From Patescibacteria group bacterium (GTDB lineage Bacteria > Patescibacteriota > Microgenomatia > UBA1400 > MFAQ01), in assembly GCA_943355005.1 (NCBI GenBank), contig CALRDV010000003.1, positions 8,590-72,589 of the forward strand: DNA of 64,000 nt. The letters run 5' to 3'. Positions 16,858 through 26,576 of the stretch are shown one piece after another (within the stretch, counting starts at the first letter, position 1; each line of letters opens with the position of its first letter). A program made the position numbers and the translations under genes. The notes under the pieces were generated by a model, which had not been told where the DNA came from, searched no databases, and saw only the letters and a list, made by a program, of their open reading frames with translations.

Positions 16858-19254
16858 TTAGACCTTTGTATTGTCTACTTTAGTAACCTCGCCGGTATCG
16901 ATAGGCAGAGTAAAGGAGAAAACTGAACCCTGACCTTCGACAGAACTTTCAAGCTTTAGTTCTCCGTGCATACCTTCCGCCATAAGTTTAGAAATGTAAA
17001 GACCGAGTCCGGTGCCGCTAACGGTATCGCGGGTAAAAAGACTGGAACCGGCTTGTTGAAATTTGTGGAAGAGCAAACTTTGTTGTTTTAGAGGTATGCC
17101 ACGACCGGTATCGGAAACCAGGACTTTGACAAAGCCCTGCAGGACTTCAGTAGTTATTTTGATTCCGCCTTTGTCTGTAAACTTCAAAGCGTTACCTACT
17201 AAATTGATAATTATTTCTCGGACTTTGTCTGAGTCACAGATTACTTTTGGAAGATTGGGTAAAGGTGTGTACTCAAGTGAAATATTTTTGACCTCGGAAC
17301 CAGCCTTGTAGTCTGTGACTGTTTCGGTGATGAGAGTGTCTAGTTCTATGGGTTTCAAGTCGTAAATCATCTTTCCTTGCTCAAGGCGACTCACGTTTAA
17401 GAATTCATTGACGATGCGGATAAGACGGGTGCTCGATTTGTGAATGTCGTCAATCATCGTATTTAGCTCAGGGTCTTTGATGGCATCAGGATAGTAATCT
17501 TGAATCATAGAGATGTTGCCTCTAATGGCTGTGAGAGGGGTTCTTAGCTCGTGGCTGGCAATAGAGAAAAATTCGTCTTTGGAGCGTTCCAGTATTTTAG
17601 CTTCGGTAATGTCTTCAAAAAGTAAGATACTCCCGAGGTTACTTGCTTTTTCGTTTGATTGGGAAATAGGTAAGATGTTAGAGATGGGCACAAACGAAAT
17701 TTTTAAAGTCTTGGATCCATAATCAACTTCACCTTCGACTAAGACTGATTTATTTTCTTTGTGAAAAGCTTTATGAAGTTCGTGAAGGTTTGAATCTTTG
17801 GGAAATTTATTAAAGATATCCTCAGAACTGTTGATTTCGTTGGCCGTCATACCGAGAATGTCCAAGGATTTCTTGTTTAGGAATGATATGTGATGAGAAT
17901 CATCAACCATGACGAAACCGATAGGAAGACTGGAGATGGAAGCAGTTAGCTTAGTCTTCGCATTAGTGAGTTCCTCGGTTCGTTCGTCCACTTTTCTCTC
18001 GATATTTTCCTTTTCTGTTTTTAGCTGGTGTTCCAGATCTCTGGCGTCTTCAAGTAGATTTAGAACGGCGTAGTCTTTCTGTTCGAGTTTTTGATTGAGA
18101 GAGGACAGTTCGGTGATCTTTACGGATAGCTCGCTGGTTTTTTGTTTCACCTTTTCTTCCAAATCAGTATAAGATTCTTTCAGTCTTTGGCTCATGGAAT
18201 TGAAGGCTTGGGTCACTTCTCCAATTTCATCTCCGGAAACATCGAGTGGTTTGTCGCTGTAATTTCCGAGTTTAATTTTGTTCGCTTCGTTTCGCAATTC
18301 TTCTATGGGTTTCAGGATTAACTTGCTTAGGTAATATCCCAATGTTCCTACAACGATTGACAGTATCCCTATAGAGTAGGCTAGATTTTTAGCTAGTTGG
18401 TTTAGTGGGGCAAGAACTTCCGATAGGTCAATTTTGGTTACAAGACAAGATTTGAGTTCTGGTACCCATTTCCAGAACCCGAGAGCTTTGTCTCCGTGGT
18501 AGTCTATTACTTCGTCACTGATGGACGCTCCTGCTAGACACTCTTTGACTTGAGGGCGAAAGATTACTTTCTTTAGCTCTAATCCTGGCTCTTTTAGTAG
18601 TTCTGTGACTGTGACAGATGATGAGTTTATCAAAAACGTCTCTCCTGTATTACCGAAGCCTGAGCGTTCCATCATCAGTTTATTGATTTCGGAGATGTCA
18701 ATGTTGCCGACTAATAAACTTGACAATGAACCGTTGACGTTCTTAATAGGGCTGGTAATGGTGAGAATCGTGATGCCTGTGCTTGAATCGTAGCTAAAAT
18801 ACTGAGTTTCTGTTTGGGCTTGTGTTTGAGGGTTCAAAAAATATTCTTCACTGGTTTTAATTTTGCCCTCATCTTTCTCTTCGGTGGAAATAACCACTTG
18901 TCCGGCTTGGTCTAATATATAGAGGCTTGAAAATAAGGTTCTTTGGCTTAATATCTCGAGCAGCTCTGTCTTGATTAGTTCTTTGTCTACTTCCTTTTTG
19001 TTTAGTAAGTAACGTTGCACAATTTCTTTGTTTGTACTGTTGGTAGCCAAAAAATTTAGTTGGCTTTTTGCTCTGTTTAGAAAAGAGAGGATGCTTTGTT
19101 CTTTTAAAGTGGAGATGCTTTGAGTCTGAGATCTGGTTTGATTTAGAAGAGTTTCCCTTACTGTTCTAAACGCAATAAAACCACCGATGCAACTGATTAA
19201 TATAACTACGACTTCTATGGAAATAACTAATTTTTGGGTCAACCTTAGTTTCAT
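16858..19254 (-). CDS. sensor histidine kinase (extracytoplasmic sensor, HAMP, coiled coil, PAS, HisKA, HATPase_c)
   Basis: 798 aa with the H-box 'SHELRTPLTAIRGN', ATP-binding 'GTGLGLYISK', and two TM segments flanking a periplasmic domain. Confidence 0.85.
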   Translation of the reverse strand: MKLRLTQKLVISIEVVVILISCIGGFIAFRTVRETLLNQTRSQTQSISTLKEQSILSFLNRAKSQLNFLATNSTNKEIVQRYLLNKKEVDKELIKTELLEILSQRTLFSSLYILDQAGQVVISTEEKDEGKIKTSEEYFLNPQTQAQTETQYFSYDSSTGITILTITSPIKNVNGSLSSLLVGNIDISEINKLMMERSGFGNTGETFLINSSSVTVTELLKEPGLELKKVIFRPQVKECLAGASISDEVIDYHGDKALGFWKWVPELKSCLVTKIDLSEVLAPLNQLAKNLAYSIGILSIVVGTLGYYLSKLILKPIEELRNEANKIKLGNYSDKPLDVSGDEIGEVTQAFNSMSQRLKESYTDLEEKVKQKTSELSVKITELSSLNQKLEQKDYAVLNLLEDARDLEHQLKTEKENIERKVDERTEELTNAKTKLTASISSLPIGFVMVDDSHHISFLNKKSLDILGMTANEINSSEDIFNKFPKDSNLHELHKAFHKENKSVLVEGEVDYGSKTLKISFVPISNILPISQSNEKASNLGSILLFEDITEAKILERSKDEFFSIASHELRTPLTAIRGNISMIQDYYPDAIKDPELNTMIDDIHKSSTRLIRIVNEFLNVSRLEQGKMIYDLKPIELDTLITETVTDYKAGSEVKNISLEYTPLPNLPKVICDSDKVREIIINLVGNALKFTDKGGIKITTEVLQGFVKVLVSDTGRGIPLKQQSLLFHKFQQAGSSLFTRDTVSGTGLGLYISKLMAEGMHGELKLESSVEGQGSVFSFTLPIDTGEVTKVDNTKV

Positions 19255-19260
19255 GAGGGG

Positions 19261-20268
19261 TTATTTCAGGTAAATAGCTTCTAAAAATTGGAGGTCGTAG
19301 ATGTCTTTGATCTGGATTGGCTTATCTAGAATATTTTGTTCCAGCAAGATTTTTTGGGCTTGTTCCCATTTTTCTTTTTCCATCATGCCTATCGGTAGTC
19401 TTCCCGTCAAGATTAGTGGAACTGAGGATTCCAACATGTATTTTTCGTGAGAAGCACTGCTTTTGGGGGCATATTTTAGGGTAATATCAACTGCTTCATC
19501 TATGTTTTCTATGGCGTACTGCCAGCCCTTAAGAGTAGCCTTGAGAAAGCTGAGGACTTGTTCCGGTTTTGAGGCTATAGTTTCTTCTGAGGTAATAACA
19601 ATGTCGGCATACATATTTACTCCGTAATCAGAAGCCAGTATGGTGTTTACTTTCTGGCCGGCTTCCAAGACCATGTGAGGTTCATTGATGATGTAGCCGG
19701 TAGACACATCAGACGTTCCGTTTAGAAGTTCGGTGGCGTCATGACCAATTGGAATCTCCTTGATTTTACTTCGGTCTATATTTAATTTCTTCATCATGGC
19801 TAGATATAGATACTCTACGTTTTGGCCCATCTGAATGCCCACTGTTTTTCCGATAAAATCTTGTGGTTTGGTAATACCACTTTTTTTCAGTGAGTAGGCG
19901 GTAACCGGGTTTGTTTTGTATATCACGGCAATGGCGCGAACAGGAACTCCCTTGGCTCTGGCCAGAATAAGTTCGTCGGCTCCGGTAATGCCATACTGAG
20001 CTTTTCCGGAAACTACAAGATCAATAGATGATTGTCCTTTGATGACAAAGGGGAGTAAGTTCACATCCAAGGCTTCATCGCGGTAAAAGCCTTTTTCTAC
20101 GGCTACGTAGTTGCCGGCGAACTGGGCCTGGTGAAGCCATTTAAGGGCAACATTAATTTTTTCTGTCGGTCTAGCAAGGTTTTTCTTGCTTTGAATCGTG
20201 TATGGCGTAAAAATGAAAGCTGCAACGGCTATGAAAGCTAGTAAGGAGAGAAGCACTACTTTTTTCAT
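19261..20268 (-). CDS. NMT1/THI5-like (SsuA/TauA-type) periplasmic substrate-binding protein
   Basis: 335 aa with a signal peptide. 'INVALKWLHQAQFAGNYVAVEKGFY' is typical of NMT1-like binding proteins. Confidence 0.6.
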   Translation of the reverse strand: MKKVVLLSLLAFIAVAAFIFTPYTIQSKKNLARPTEKINVALKWLHQAQFAGNYVAVEKGFYRDEALDVNLLPFVIKGQSSIDLVVSGKAQYGITGADELILARAKGVPVRAIAVIYKTNPVTAYSLKKSGITKPQDFIGKTVGIQMGQNVEYLYLAMMKKLNIDRSKIKEIPIGHDATELLNGTSDVSTGYIINEPHMVLEAGQKVNTILASDYGVNMYADIVITSEETIASKPEQVLSFLKATLKGWQYAIENIDEAVDITLKYAPKSSASHEKYMLESSVPLILTGRLPIGMMEKEKWEQAQKILLEQNILDKPIQIKDIYDLQFLEAIYLK

Positions 20269-21800
20269 TTATTCTCCGAGGTTGTTTTTAATGACTCAAT
20301 CTCTTTTTTTAGTTCGGCCATCTTTAGTTCTCGACCTACCATTAGGGAGTTGAGTTTTTCTAGTTTTTCTAGATTTTCGTTTAGCACCAGGTCTGATTTC
20401 TTTTTCTCAGTGATGTCGTCTTCGATAGCGACATAGCCCTTGAGAATGCCGGTGTAGTCGATGATGGGGGAGATGGTGGCCATGGCAGTATAAAGCTCTC
20501 CACTTTGACGTTTGTTGGTCACTTCACCTTTAAATACTTGTTTCCTGGTTTTGATTGTGTCCCAAAGAGATACATAAAATTCGGGGGTCATTTGCCTGCC
20601 CCAGAGTCTGGGTGTCTTGCCTGCCATTTCAGAGAAACTGAAGCCGGTCATGATTTCGGCCGCGTGATTGGCGTAAAGTATCTTGCCGTCCGGGTCGGTG
20701 ATGATAATGTGACTGTTTGAGCTATCGACTGCCATCTGGATGGTCTGTAGGGAATCAAGCATTTCGTTTATCTTGTTTCTAAGATTGTCGACTTCATCAT
20801 TTCCTGTGGTAGATGTAAGTCTTTTGTTCGATTTTGCTGAGCCGGCGATGGACTCGACTTCTTTGGAAAGTGTAAAGACTTTACTGATGATAAATTTCCC
20901 GAGTACAAAATTGAGTAAGGCTACCAAAAGTAAACTAGCGACTCCAAAGATGGTGAGCAAAAGGACGGTGGTGTTGTGTCCTTGAATAGTGATATCTCTT
21001 TGGATGTCGGTTCTTACTATGGCCTGGGGCTGTCCATATACATCTTTGATAATGTAGTACCCGGAAATAATGTCTTTGTTAAGAGCATTTACGAATTGTT
21101 GATTTCCCTTTTTTAAATAGGCATTTTTGGCTTCTAGGTAGTCCGGGGTCATCTTTGGGTCATCCCACAAATAAGTGGAGGCTTCAAATTGGGTTAGTTC
21201 TCTTAAGGAGTCAATTACCCCTTCGTCGAAATACTTAGCAAATACAATACTGCCTTTGGGGGTACCTTTGCCATTGGTTAAATAGACATCTCTGATGACA
21301 AATAAAATAAGACCATCTTCTGTTCTGATGAAGCCTTGGTTGTTTTTGGTTTCGGTATTGATGTTTAAAAGTGCACTGCCGGTGGCAAAGTGCTTATACA
21401 GATCTTCGGGAAAATTAGTTTCATTGGTTATTTTAGATTTTGGCCCTTTTACCATAGCACTGGTGACAAGAACGCCGCTTTTGTCTACAAAAAGTACTTC
21501 ATCTACATTAGTTGGTATTAAGGCGTCCTGACTAAGATTTGCAGAGACATATTGTGGGTTTCTGTCCTCTAAAAAATTATAAGAATCATCCCAGATAGAC
21601 CAAGCTAAAAGACTGGAGTCGATTTTGGCCAAACTGTTCTTGATTACAGCGTCGACTCTTTGAATGTTATACTCGGTTCTTTGATTTTCAATTTCTTGGA
21701 ACCTATTGACTATGAATGGGTAAAAGAAGGCTGAAATCAGAGAGGTAAAGCCTATTGCCAAAATTACGGAAGTGATAGCTGTCTTTTTTTGTAGTGTCAT
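20265..21800 (-). CDS. membrane sensor protein with a periplasmic domain, a PAS domain and a C-terminal coiled coil (no output domain)
   Basis: 511 aa with an N-terminal TM, a second TM near aa 290, and the PAS-like 'IIITDPDGKILYANHAAEIMTGFSFSEMAGK'. Confidence 0.55.
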   Translation of the reverse strand: MTLQKKTAITSVILAIGFTSLISAFFYPFIVNRFQEIENQRTEYNIQRVDAVIKNSLAKIDSSLLAWSIWDDSYNFLEDRNPQYVSANLSQDALIPTNVDEVLFVDKSGVLVTSAMVKGPKSKITNETNFPEDLYKHFATGSALLNINTETKNNQGFIRTEDGLILFVIRDVYLTNGKGTPKGSIVFAKYFDEGVIDSLRELTQFEASTYLWDDPKMTPDYLEAKNAYLKKGNQQFVNALNKDIISGYYIIKDVYGQPQAIVRTDIQRDITIQGHNTTVLLLTIFGVASLLLVALLNFVLGKFIISKVFTLSKEVESIAGSAKSNKRLTSTTGNDEVDNLRNKINEMLDSLQTIQMAVDSSNSHIIITDPDGKILYANHAAEIMTGFSFSEMAGKTPRLWGRQMTPEFYVSLWDTIKTRKQVFKGEVTNKRQSGELYTAMATISPIIDYTGILKGYVAIEDDITEKKKSDLVLNENLEKLEKLNSLMVGRELKMAELKKEIESLKTTSENK

Positions 21801-21801
21801 A

Positions 21802-23367
21802 TTATTTTAATTGAGAACTAATATAGCGGGCAATAAGGTAGGAGGGGAGAAAGGAAAATATAATTAGAATGACGGTGATCAAGAAGGTAATCTCAATGGA
21901 TTTGCCTGCTGTGGCAAAGATGCTGGCAGATGGTCTACCGGCAAAGATCATACCCACGGTTTCATTGTTGGAGTCTTTAAGTGGGTGATATGCGGCGAAG
22001 TAGGAAGTGTTAAGTAGGTTTATTTGACCTGAATAATTTTTTCCTTGTAGTAGGACGAGGTTGGAAATATTCTTGTTGGTATTTTTGATACCAATTGGAC
22101 GGCTTAAATTTTTGGTGTCGTTAATGGTAGTCGCAGAAAGTGTTTCTCCGCCATAAAGACCGATTTCTAGACCTGTGGCTTTTTGGATACCATCAAGGAA
22201 GTTGTTGTCAAGGGTTTGTGAGGAGAAGATAACGCCGATGACCTTTCCGTCCAGTTTGATGGGAGTGGCTGACCTAACGGCGACGATAGGTGAGATGGCA
22301 GAATCTGTCGTGCTAATAGAAGAAATACTTTCGCCAATCATGGCTCGCTTAAAGAGTGAGTCTCCGGAAAGAGAATCTCCCACACGTTCGCGGTCTTCGC
22401 CTCTGGCCAAGACTTGGCCATACTCATTTGCGATAATAAGACTGCTTAATTTCTGAGAGATAAGAATACTTTCTGCAGCCGGAGCCAGAATTTTTTTATC
22501 ACTACTGCCGATGGCCGTGATGATGTTGGAATTTTGGGCCAAAATCGAAGCCGAGGCCAGAGTTTCGGATTTTTTGGCATCCAGAGCATAGGAAAGCACA
22601 GAAACGTCAGTAGAGAGTCTGGCTAGAGTTTCTTCTGAAATATTTTTCAGCAGTAGGAAGGTGAAAGAAACAGTAGTCAAAAGAAATATCGCTAGGGTGG
22701 TGGTGGTGAAAATTATAAATAGCTGAGTGTTTATGCGCTTAAGTAAGTAGAAGAAGGCCCACTTGATAAGTATCGCCGAGCCGAGAAGAAGAACGAGGTG
22801 GGCTGCAATCCAGATGGGTCCAAGAGGGGCTACCAGATGAAAAATATCGATATTTGTACTTTTACTAAAAAGATCGGGAATACAAAGGAGTTCAAAAAAT
22901 GCAGTTAAGAAAAAGGCGTACGAGACATTCTTGGTATGATCTTCGAGACCAATAGTAGCCCGACGGAGATAAAGCCAGGCTGCGGTGACAGCCAAAATGG
23001 GAGCCGTAAGGTGGGGAATGGCTATGTTAAAAATGGCAACGGCTGCTAGCTTTGGCTTGTCGATAAGAGGGTCGGAGATAAGTCCGGCAAGCAGAAATAA
23101 ATAGCCAAGATTGCGTAAGATAAGCGAAATCTTCTCACTTAGATCGCCTCCGAGATTAACAGAGGTAAGTCCGGGGGATTCGATGAGTACAGCATGAGCC
23201 AAGAAAGAAAGGGAGATTAAGAGGAAGCCGGTAATCTTGAGACCCTCTTTGAAGGTTCTTCTTTCCTGCCAGGCGTCTAGATAAAGCCAAAAAATAGAAA
23301 AAAATGCCAAGGCCGCAAAAATACTTGTGGCAAAGTGAAAGTTCTCGAGTAAGAATTGAGAAAACAT
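21802..23367 (-). CDS. integral membrane protein (N-terminal multi-TM bundle plus extracytoplasmic domain plus C-terminal TM); putative sensor module
   Basis: 521 aa. Hydrophobicity pattern only; no catalytic motifs were seen. Confidence 0.4.
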   Translation of the reverse strand: MFSQFLLENFHFATSIFAALAFFSIFWLYLDAWQERRTFKEGLKITGFLLISLSFLAHAVLIESPGLTSVNLGGDLSEKISLILRNLGYLFLLAGLISDPLIDKPKLAAVAIFNIAIPHLTAPILAVTAAWLYLRRATIGLEDHTKNVSYAFFLTAFFELLCIPDLFSKSTNIDIFHLVAPLGPIWIAAHLVLLLGSAILIKWAFFYLLKRINTQLFIIFTTTTLAIFLLTTVSFTFLLLKNISEETLARLSTDVSVLSYALDAKKSETLASASILAQNSNIITAIGSSDKKILAPAAESILISQKLSSLIIANEYGQVLARGEDRERVGDSLSGDSLFKRAMIGESISSISTTDSAISPIVAVRSATPIKLDGKVIGVIFSSQTLDNNFLDGIQKATGLEIGLYGGETLSATTINDTKNLSRPIGIKNTNKNISNLVLLQGKNYSGQINLLNTSYFAAYHPLKDSNNETVGMIFAGRPSASIFATAGKSIEITFLITVILIIFSFLPSYLIARYISSQLK

Positions 23368-25512
23368 TTAATTTAAGATTTTTTTAAGTAAATTTGTTTG
23401 GTCGAGATATCCAACGATCACTTCTTTAATAATACCTTTTCTGTCGACAATTAGGTGGGTAGGTAAAGTTTCCAATGAGAGTGGGGCTACCAGAATTCCG
23501 TCAGGATCGGCTATGAGTGGGACACTGTTGCCGCCTAGTTTTTGGAAAATATCGGTTTTGGAGACGGATTCTTGGATGGTGACGGCGAAAACATTTACCC
23601 CGGTGTTCGATATGTGGAATCTATCGAGAGCCAGAAGCTGATCTGAAGTGGACGGTTCCCAGCTGGTGATAAAAGAAATTACCGATGGTTTCCCCAGTAG
23701 GGAAGTGTTGCTAAATGAATAGTTTGGAGAGCTTAAATCAAAGTCGGGAAGTGGTTTGCCTATCAGTGTGTTCGTGGTACTGGTGGGTGAAGCGGAAGGG
23801 CTCAAATAAGAGACCGTTTTGGACAACCATCTACCCCAAAATCCGGCAGGGGTAAGAGAAAAAGATTGATTTATTATTGTGGGGGAGTTGGTTTCGAAAA
23901 TTTCTGTCCTTTGTTTCTGTTTGCTGTTTGATTCGACTTCGAGATAATATTTTCCGGCAGGTAGAATCAATTTGTATGTTCCGTCTTTGTCGGTATGTTG
24001 CGGATTTTGCTGAAGATAGGGCTCTCCGTCCCACAAGATATAGTCGTTAAGATTTTTTTCGTAGGCAAATACTTTAATTTTGGCCTGAGGGATAGTGGTA
24101 GTATCTTTGGCTGTGATTTTCCCCGGAGAGTTTACGATGATGGTGCTTAAGTATCTGTCTGTGTTGTTTTTGGCGCCATCGACAGAATGGGTCTTTAGTT
24201 TGAAACTTCCGGCTTCATTGATTACCAACGTTCCGGACCACAGACCACTTTCGGGATTTTTTGTCAGAGAAGTTTTCGTAGTGTCAAAAAATAAATCAAG
24301 ACTTGTAGGACCTCCAACGGCTGAGAGAACTATTTTTAGTGGGAGGCCGGCCAGAGTGTAGATGTTTCCGGCTTGATCGGGTCTTAAGATCATGGGTCCG
24401 ATGGCAAAGAAGGCTCCGCCGACTTGTGGTGGAAGCCGATCGATAATCATGGTGTGGTTTTTGGTGCTACTCGTGTTGCCGGAAAGATCTTTGACGCGAA
24501 CCTTGACTAAATAGTTTCCATCGTCCAGTTTGCCAGGGGTAAACTCATAAGTGCCGGTTTTTTTGCCTATACCTACAGCGAAGTCCACGGGTAACCAGTT
24601 CTTTCCTCCATCTAGGGAATAATCTATTTGAGAGATGCCGGCATTTACAGAACCTTCGTCAGAAACTTTACCCGTAATAATTGGAGCTTCGGTGAATATT
24701 TTTGAGAGGTCTGTTCCGAGTGTAATTTTGGGAGAATTAGTATCTTTTAAAATTATTGGAGGTGGGGCTGCGGTGGTTACCGTCACAGTTGTGGTCGTTA
24801 CTGTGGTGACACTGGCGGCTGAGGTGGTAAAGGTAGTGTTCACGGTGGAAGTAGTTCCTCCACTGCCAACTACAGTAATCAGATAGTGATATAAAGTGCT
24901 TGCGGACAAACCTGAAAGAGTAGTACTGTGAGAAGTTCCCGAAGATGTGGTGGTTGTAGAACCATAACTTGTGGTTTGGCCATAACTTACGGTACCGATG
25001 GAGGCGTAATTGGTAGTCCAAGAAAGACTTGCGGAACTATTCCCAATAGATAGCCTGATATCGCTGATAGTTGGCGCGACTTCGTTAACCGCTGTTAGTC
25101 TGATAGTGCATGAATCCGGTGAGTCCCCGGTAGAGTTTTCGGCCGTTTGCCAAGTCCAGTCCACCGGTCCCTCTTCGGCTCCAAGTAGAGCTCCGGAGGA
25201 ATCAAGATGCACTTCTTCATTGGGATTTAAAGTGCCTAGGGAATAGGTGTAGTAATCGTATTCTGTAGACTGAGTCCAGCCAGCCTCCACAATAGTTTGG
25301 GGGATGAGGTCTAGTATGGGTGAGAAATTTGTGGGGATCTTGATCCAGGAAATCGGGTTTGAGCCGGTATTTTTTAAATTAACGATGAAACCGCCGCTGT
25401 TTGGGAAAATTGAACTGGTGCTTGAGGTAATTTCGCAAGTAGCATAAACTCTGCCGGATGATAAGAATATAAACAGTAGGAATAGTAGTAGGGCTCTTGT
25501 GAAACGGGGCAT
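23368..25512 (-). CDS. large secreted/surface protein with a Thr/Ser-rich tract, Ig/FN3-like and CarboxypepD_reg-like domains, and a C-terminal Cys-less redoxin-like domain
   Basis: 714 aa with the signal peptide 'MPRFTRALLLFLLFIFLSSGRVYA' and runs such as 'TTTTSSGTSHSTT...TVTTVTTTTVTVTTAAPPP'. The C-terminus resembles TlpA/AhpC, but SWEPS replaces the usual WCGPC motif. Confidence 0.5.
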   Translation of the reverse strand: MPRFTRALLLFLLFIFLSSGRVYATCEITSSTSSIFPNSGGFIVNLKNTGSNPISWIKIPTNFSPILDLIPQTIVEAGWTQSTEYDYYTYSLGTLNPNEEVHLDSSGALLGAEEGPVDWTWQTAENSTGDSPDSCTIRLTAVNEVAPTISDIRLSIGNSSASLSWTTNYASIGTVSYGQTTSYGSTTTTSSGTSHSTTLSGLSASTLYHYLITVVGSGGTTSTVNTTFTTSAASVTTVTTTTVTVTTAAPPPIILKDTNSPKITLGTDLSKIFTEAPIITGKVSDEGSVNAGISQIDYSLDGGKNWLPVDFAVGIGKKTGTYEFTPGKLDDGNYLVKVRVKDLSGNTSSTKNHTMIIDRLPPQVGGAFFAIGPMILRPDQAGNIYTLAGLPLKIVLSAVGGPTSLDLFFDTTKTSLTKNPESGLWSGTLVINEAGSFKLKTHSVDGAKNNTDRYLSTIIVNSPGKITAKDTTTIPQAKIKVFAYEKNLNDYILWDGEPYLQQNPQHTDKDGTYKLILPAGKYYLEVESNSKQKQRTEIFETNSPTIINQSFSLTPAGFWGRWLSKTVSYLSPSASPTSTTNTLIGKPLPDFDLSSPNYSFSNTSLLGKPSVISFITSWEPSTSDQLLALDRFHISNTGVNVFAVTIQESVSKTDIFQKLGGNSVPLIADPDGILVAPLSLETLPTHLIVDRKGIIKEVIVGYLDQTNLLKKILN

Positions 25513-25572
25513 TGATTAATAATAGTACAAAGTGGGTAAAAATTGCGGATTTCTAAGGTAAAATATACGTAC

Positions 25573-25648
25573 GCCGGGATAGCTCAGTTGGTAGAGCGCA
25601 TGTTTTGTAAACATGATGTCGTGGGTTCGATTCCCGCTCCCGGCTCCA
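25573..25648 (+). tRNA. tRNA-Thr (anticodon TGT), CCA encoded
   Basis: Cloverleaf drawn by hand. Acceptor GCCGGGA/TCCCGGC, D arm GCTC-AGTTGGTA-GAGC, anticodon stem CATGT/ACATG with loop TTTGTAA, T arm GTGGG-TTCGATT-CCCGC. Confidence 0.85.
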
Positions 25649-25649
25649 A

Positions 25650-26078
25650 ATGGACTGTAAACAATGCGGCTGTTCAATAAAAAAGTACGCTTTTAAATAT
25701 TGCTCCAATCAGTGTCAGAGAAATTTCGAATATGGTGTGTTTGTAACTGATTGGAAATCAGGGGTTGTTACTGGCTCTGTCGGTTTAACAGCTAAAAATA
25801 TCTCTGGATATCTAAAAAGATATTTAGATGAAAAGTATGGGTTTAAATGCAGTTTGTGTGGATGGGATAAAGTGAACTCAGTAACAAATAGGGTACCTCT
25901 TGAAATAGATCATATTAATGGTGATTCTGAAGATAACAGCGAGATTAATCTTAGGGTTGTTTGTCCGAATTGTCACTCGCTTAGTTCTAATTATAAAAAC
26001 TTGAATCGTGGAAAAGGGAGAGTTTGGAGAAAGGATAAGTACATAAAAAATCCCCGTACGGGTGCACGGGGAGAGTGA
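25650..26078 (+). CDS. HNH endonuclease
   Basis: 142 aa with the N-terminal Zn ribbon 'CKQCGCSIKKY...CSNQC' and the HNH core 'EIDHINGDSEDNSEINLRVVCPNCHS'. Its start codon is 2 nt after the tRNA CCA. Confidence 0.7.
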   Translation: MDCKQCGCSIKKYAFKYCSNQCQRNFEYGVFVTDWKSGVVTGSVGLTAKNISGYLKRYLDEKYGFKCSLCGWDKVNSVTNRVPLEIDHINGDSEDNSEINLRVVCPNCHSLSSNYKNLNRGKGRVWRKDKYIKNPRTGARGE

Positions 26079-26534
26079 TTAACGAAAATCGCTTACAAGT
26101 TTGGCTTTGAAACTAATAATGTCGCCTTCCATATCCGGGATCCCAATACAAATGTCCATAAGGTCGATGCTATTTCTGTCTACCTCATAAAGACCTTTAC
26201 GGTATCTGATCTTGACGGTTTTGTATGGTTCCGGTTTCTTGGTACAGGAAGCGCTTCCTAAAATGTTTAATTGCTGCCTGTGTTCATAAAGAGCCCCTTC
26301 TTCTACATAGCCGATTTGATTTTCCCTCATGTCGGATACTTTGGTTTCTTTGTTTTGATTTGAAACCGGTTTCTTTTCCGACTTTTCCTTTTTGCCTGCT
26401 TTGTGCTTTTCGAAGGGTTTAACCGGATTCACCTGTCGGTGTTCTGTACAGAATATTTGGTTTGGGCTAATAGAAATCCCGCATTCTAAGCATTTGTATT
26501 TTTCGTAGACAAATGGAGGAATAGGGTTGTCCAT
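26079..26534 (-). CDS. Zn-ribbon protein, paralog family member C (with 28557..28949 and 28952..29365)
   Basis: 151 aa with 'YKCLECGISISPNQIFCTEH' and a shared C-terminal core 'YKTVKIRYRKGLYEVDRNSIDLMDI'. Confidence 0.5.
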   Translation of the reverse strand: MDNPIPPFVYEKYKCLECGISISPNQIFCTEHRQVNPVKPFEKHKAGKKEKSEKKPVSNQNKETKVSDMRENQIGYVEEGALYEHRQQLNILGSASCTKKPEPYKTVKIRYRKGLYEVDRNSIDLMDICIGIPDMEGDIISFKAKLVSDFR

Positions 26535-26576
26535 GGGGACCTCCTTATATTTTAAATTTGCGATACTCTGGTGAGA

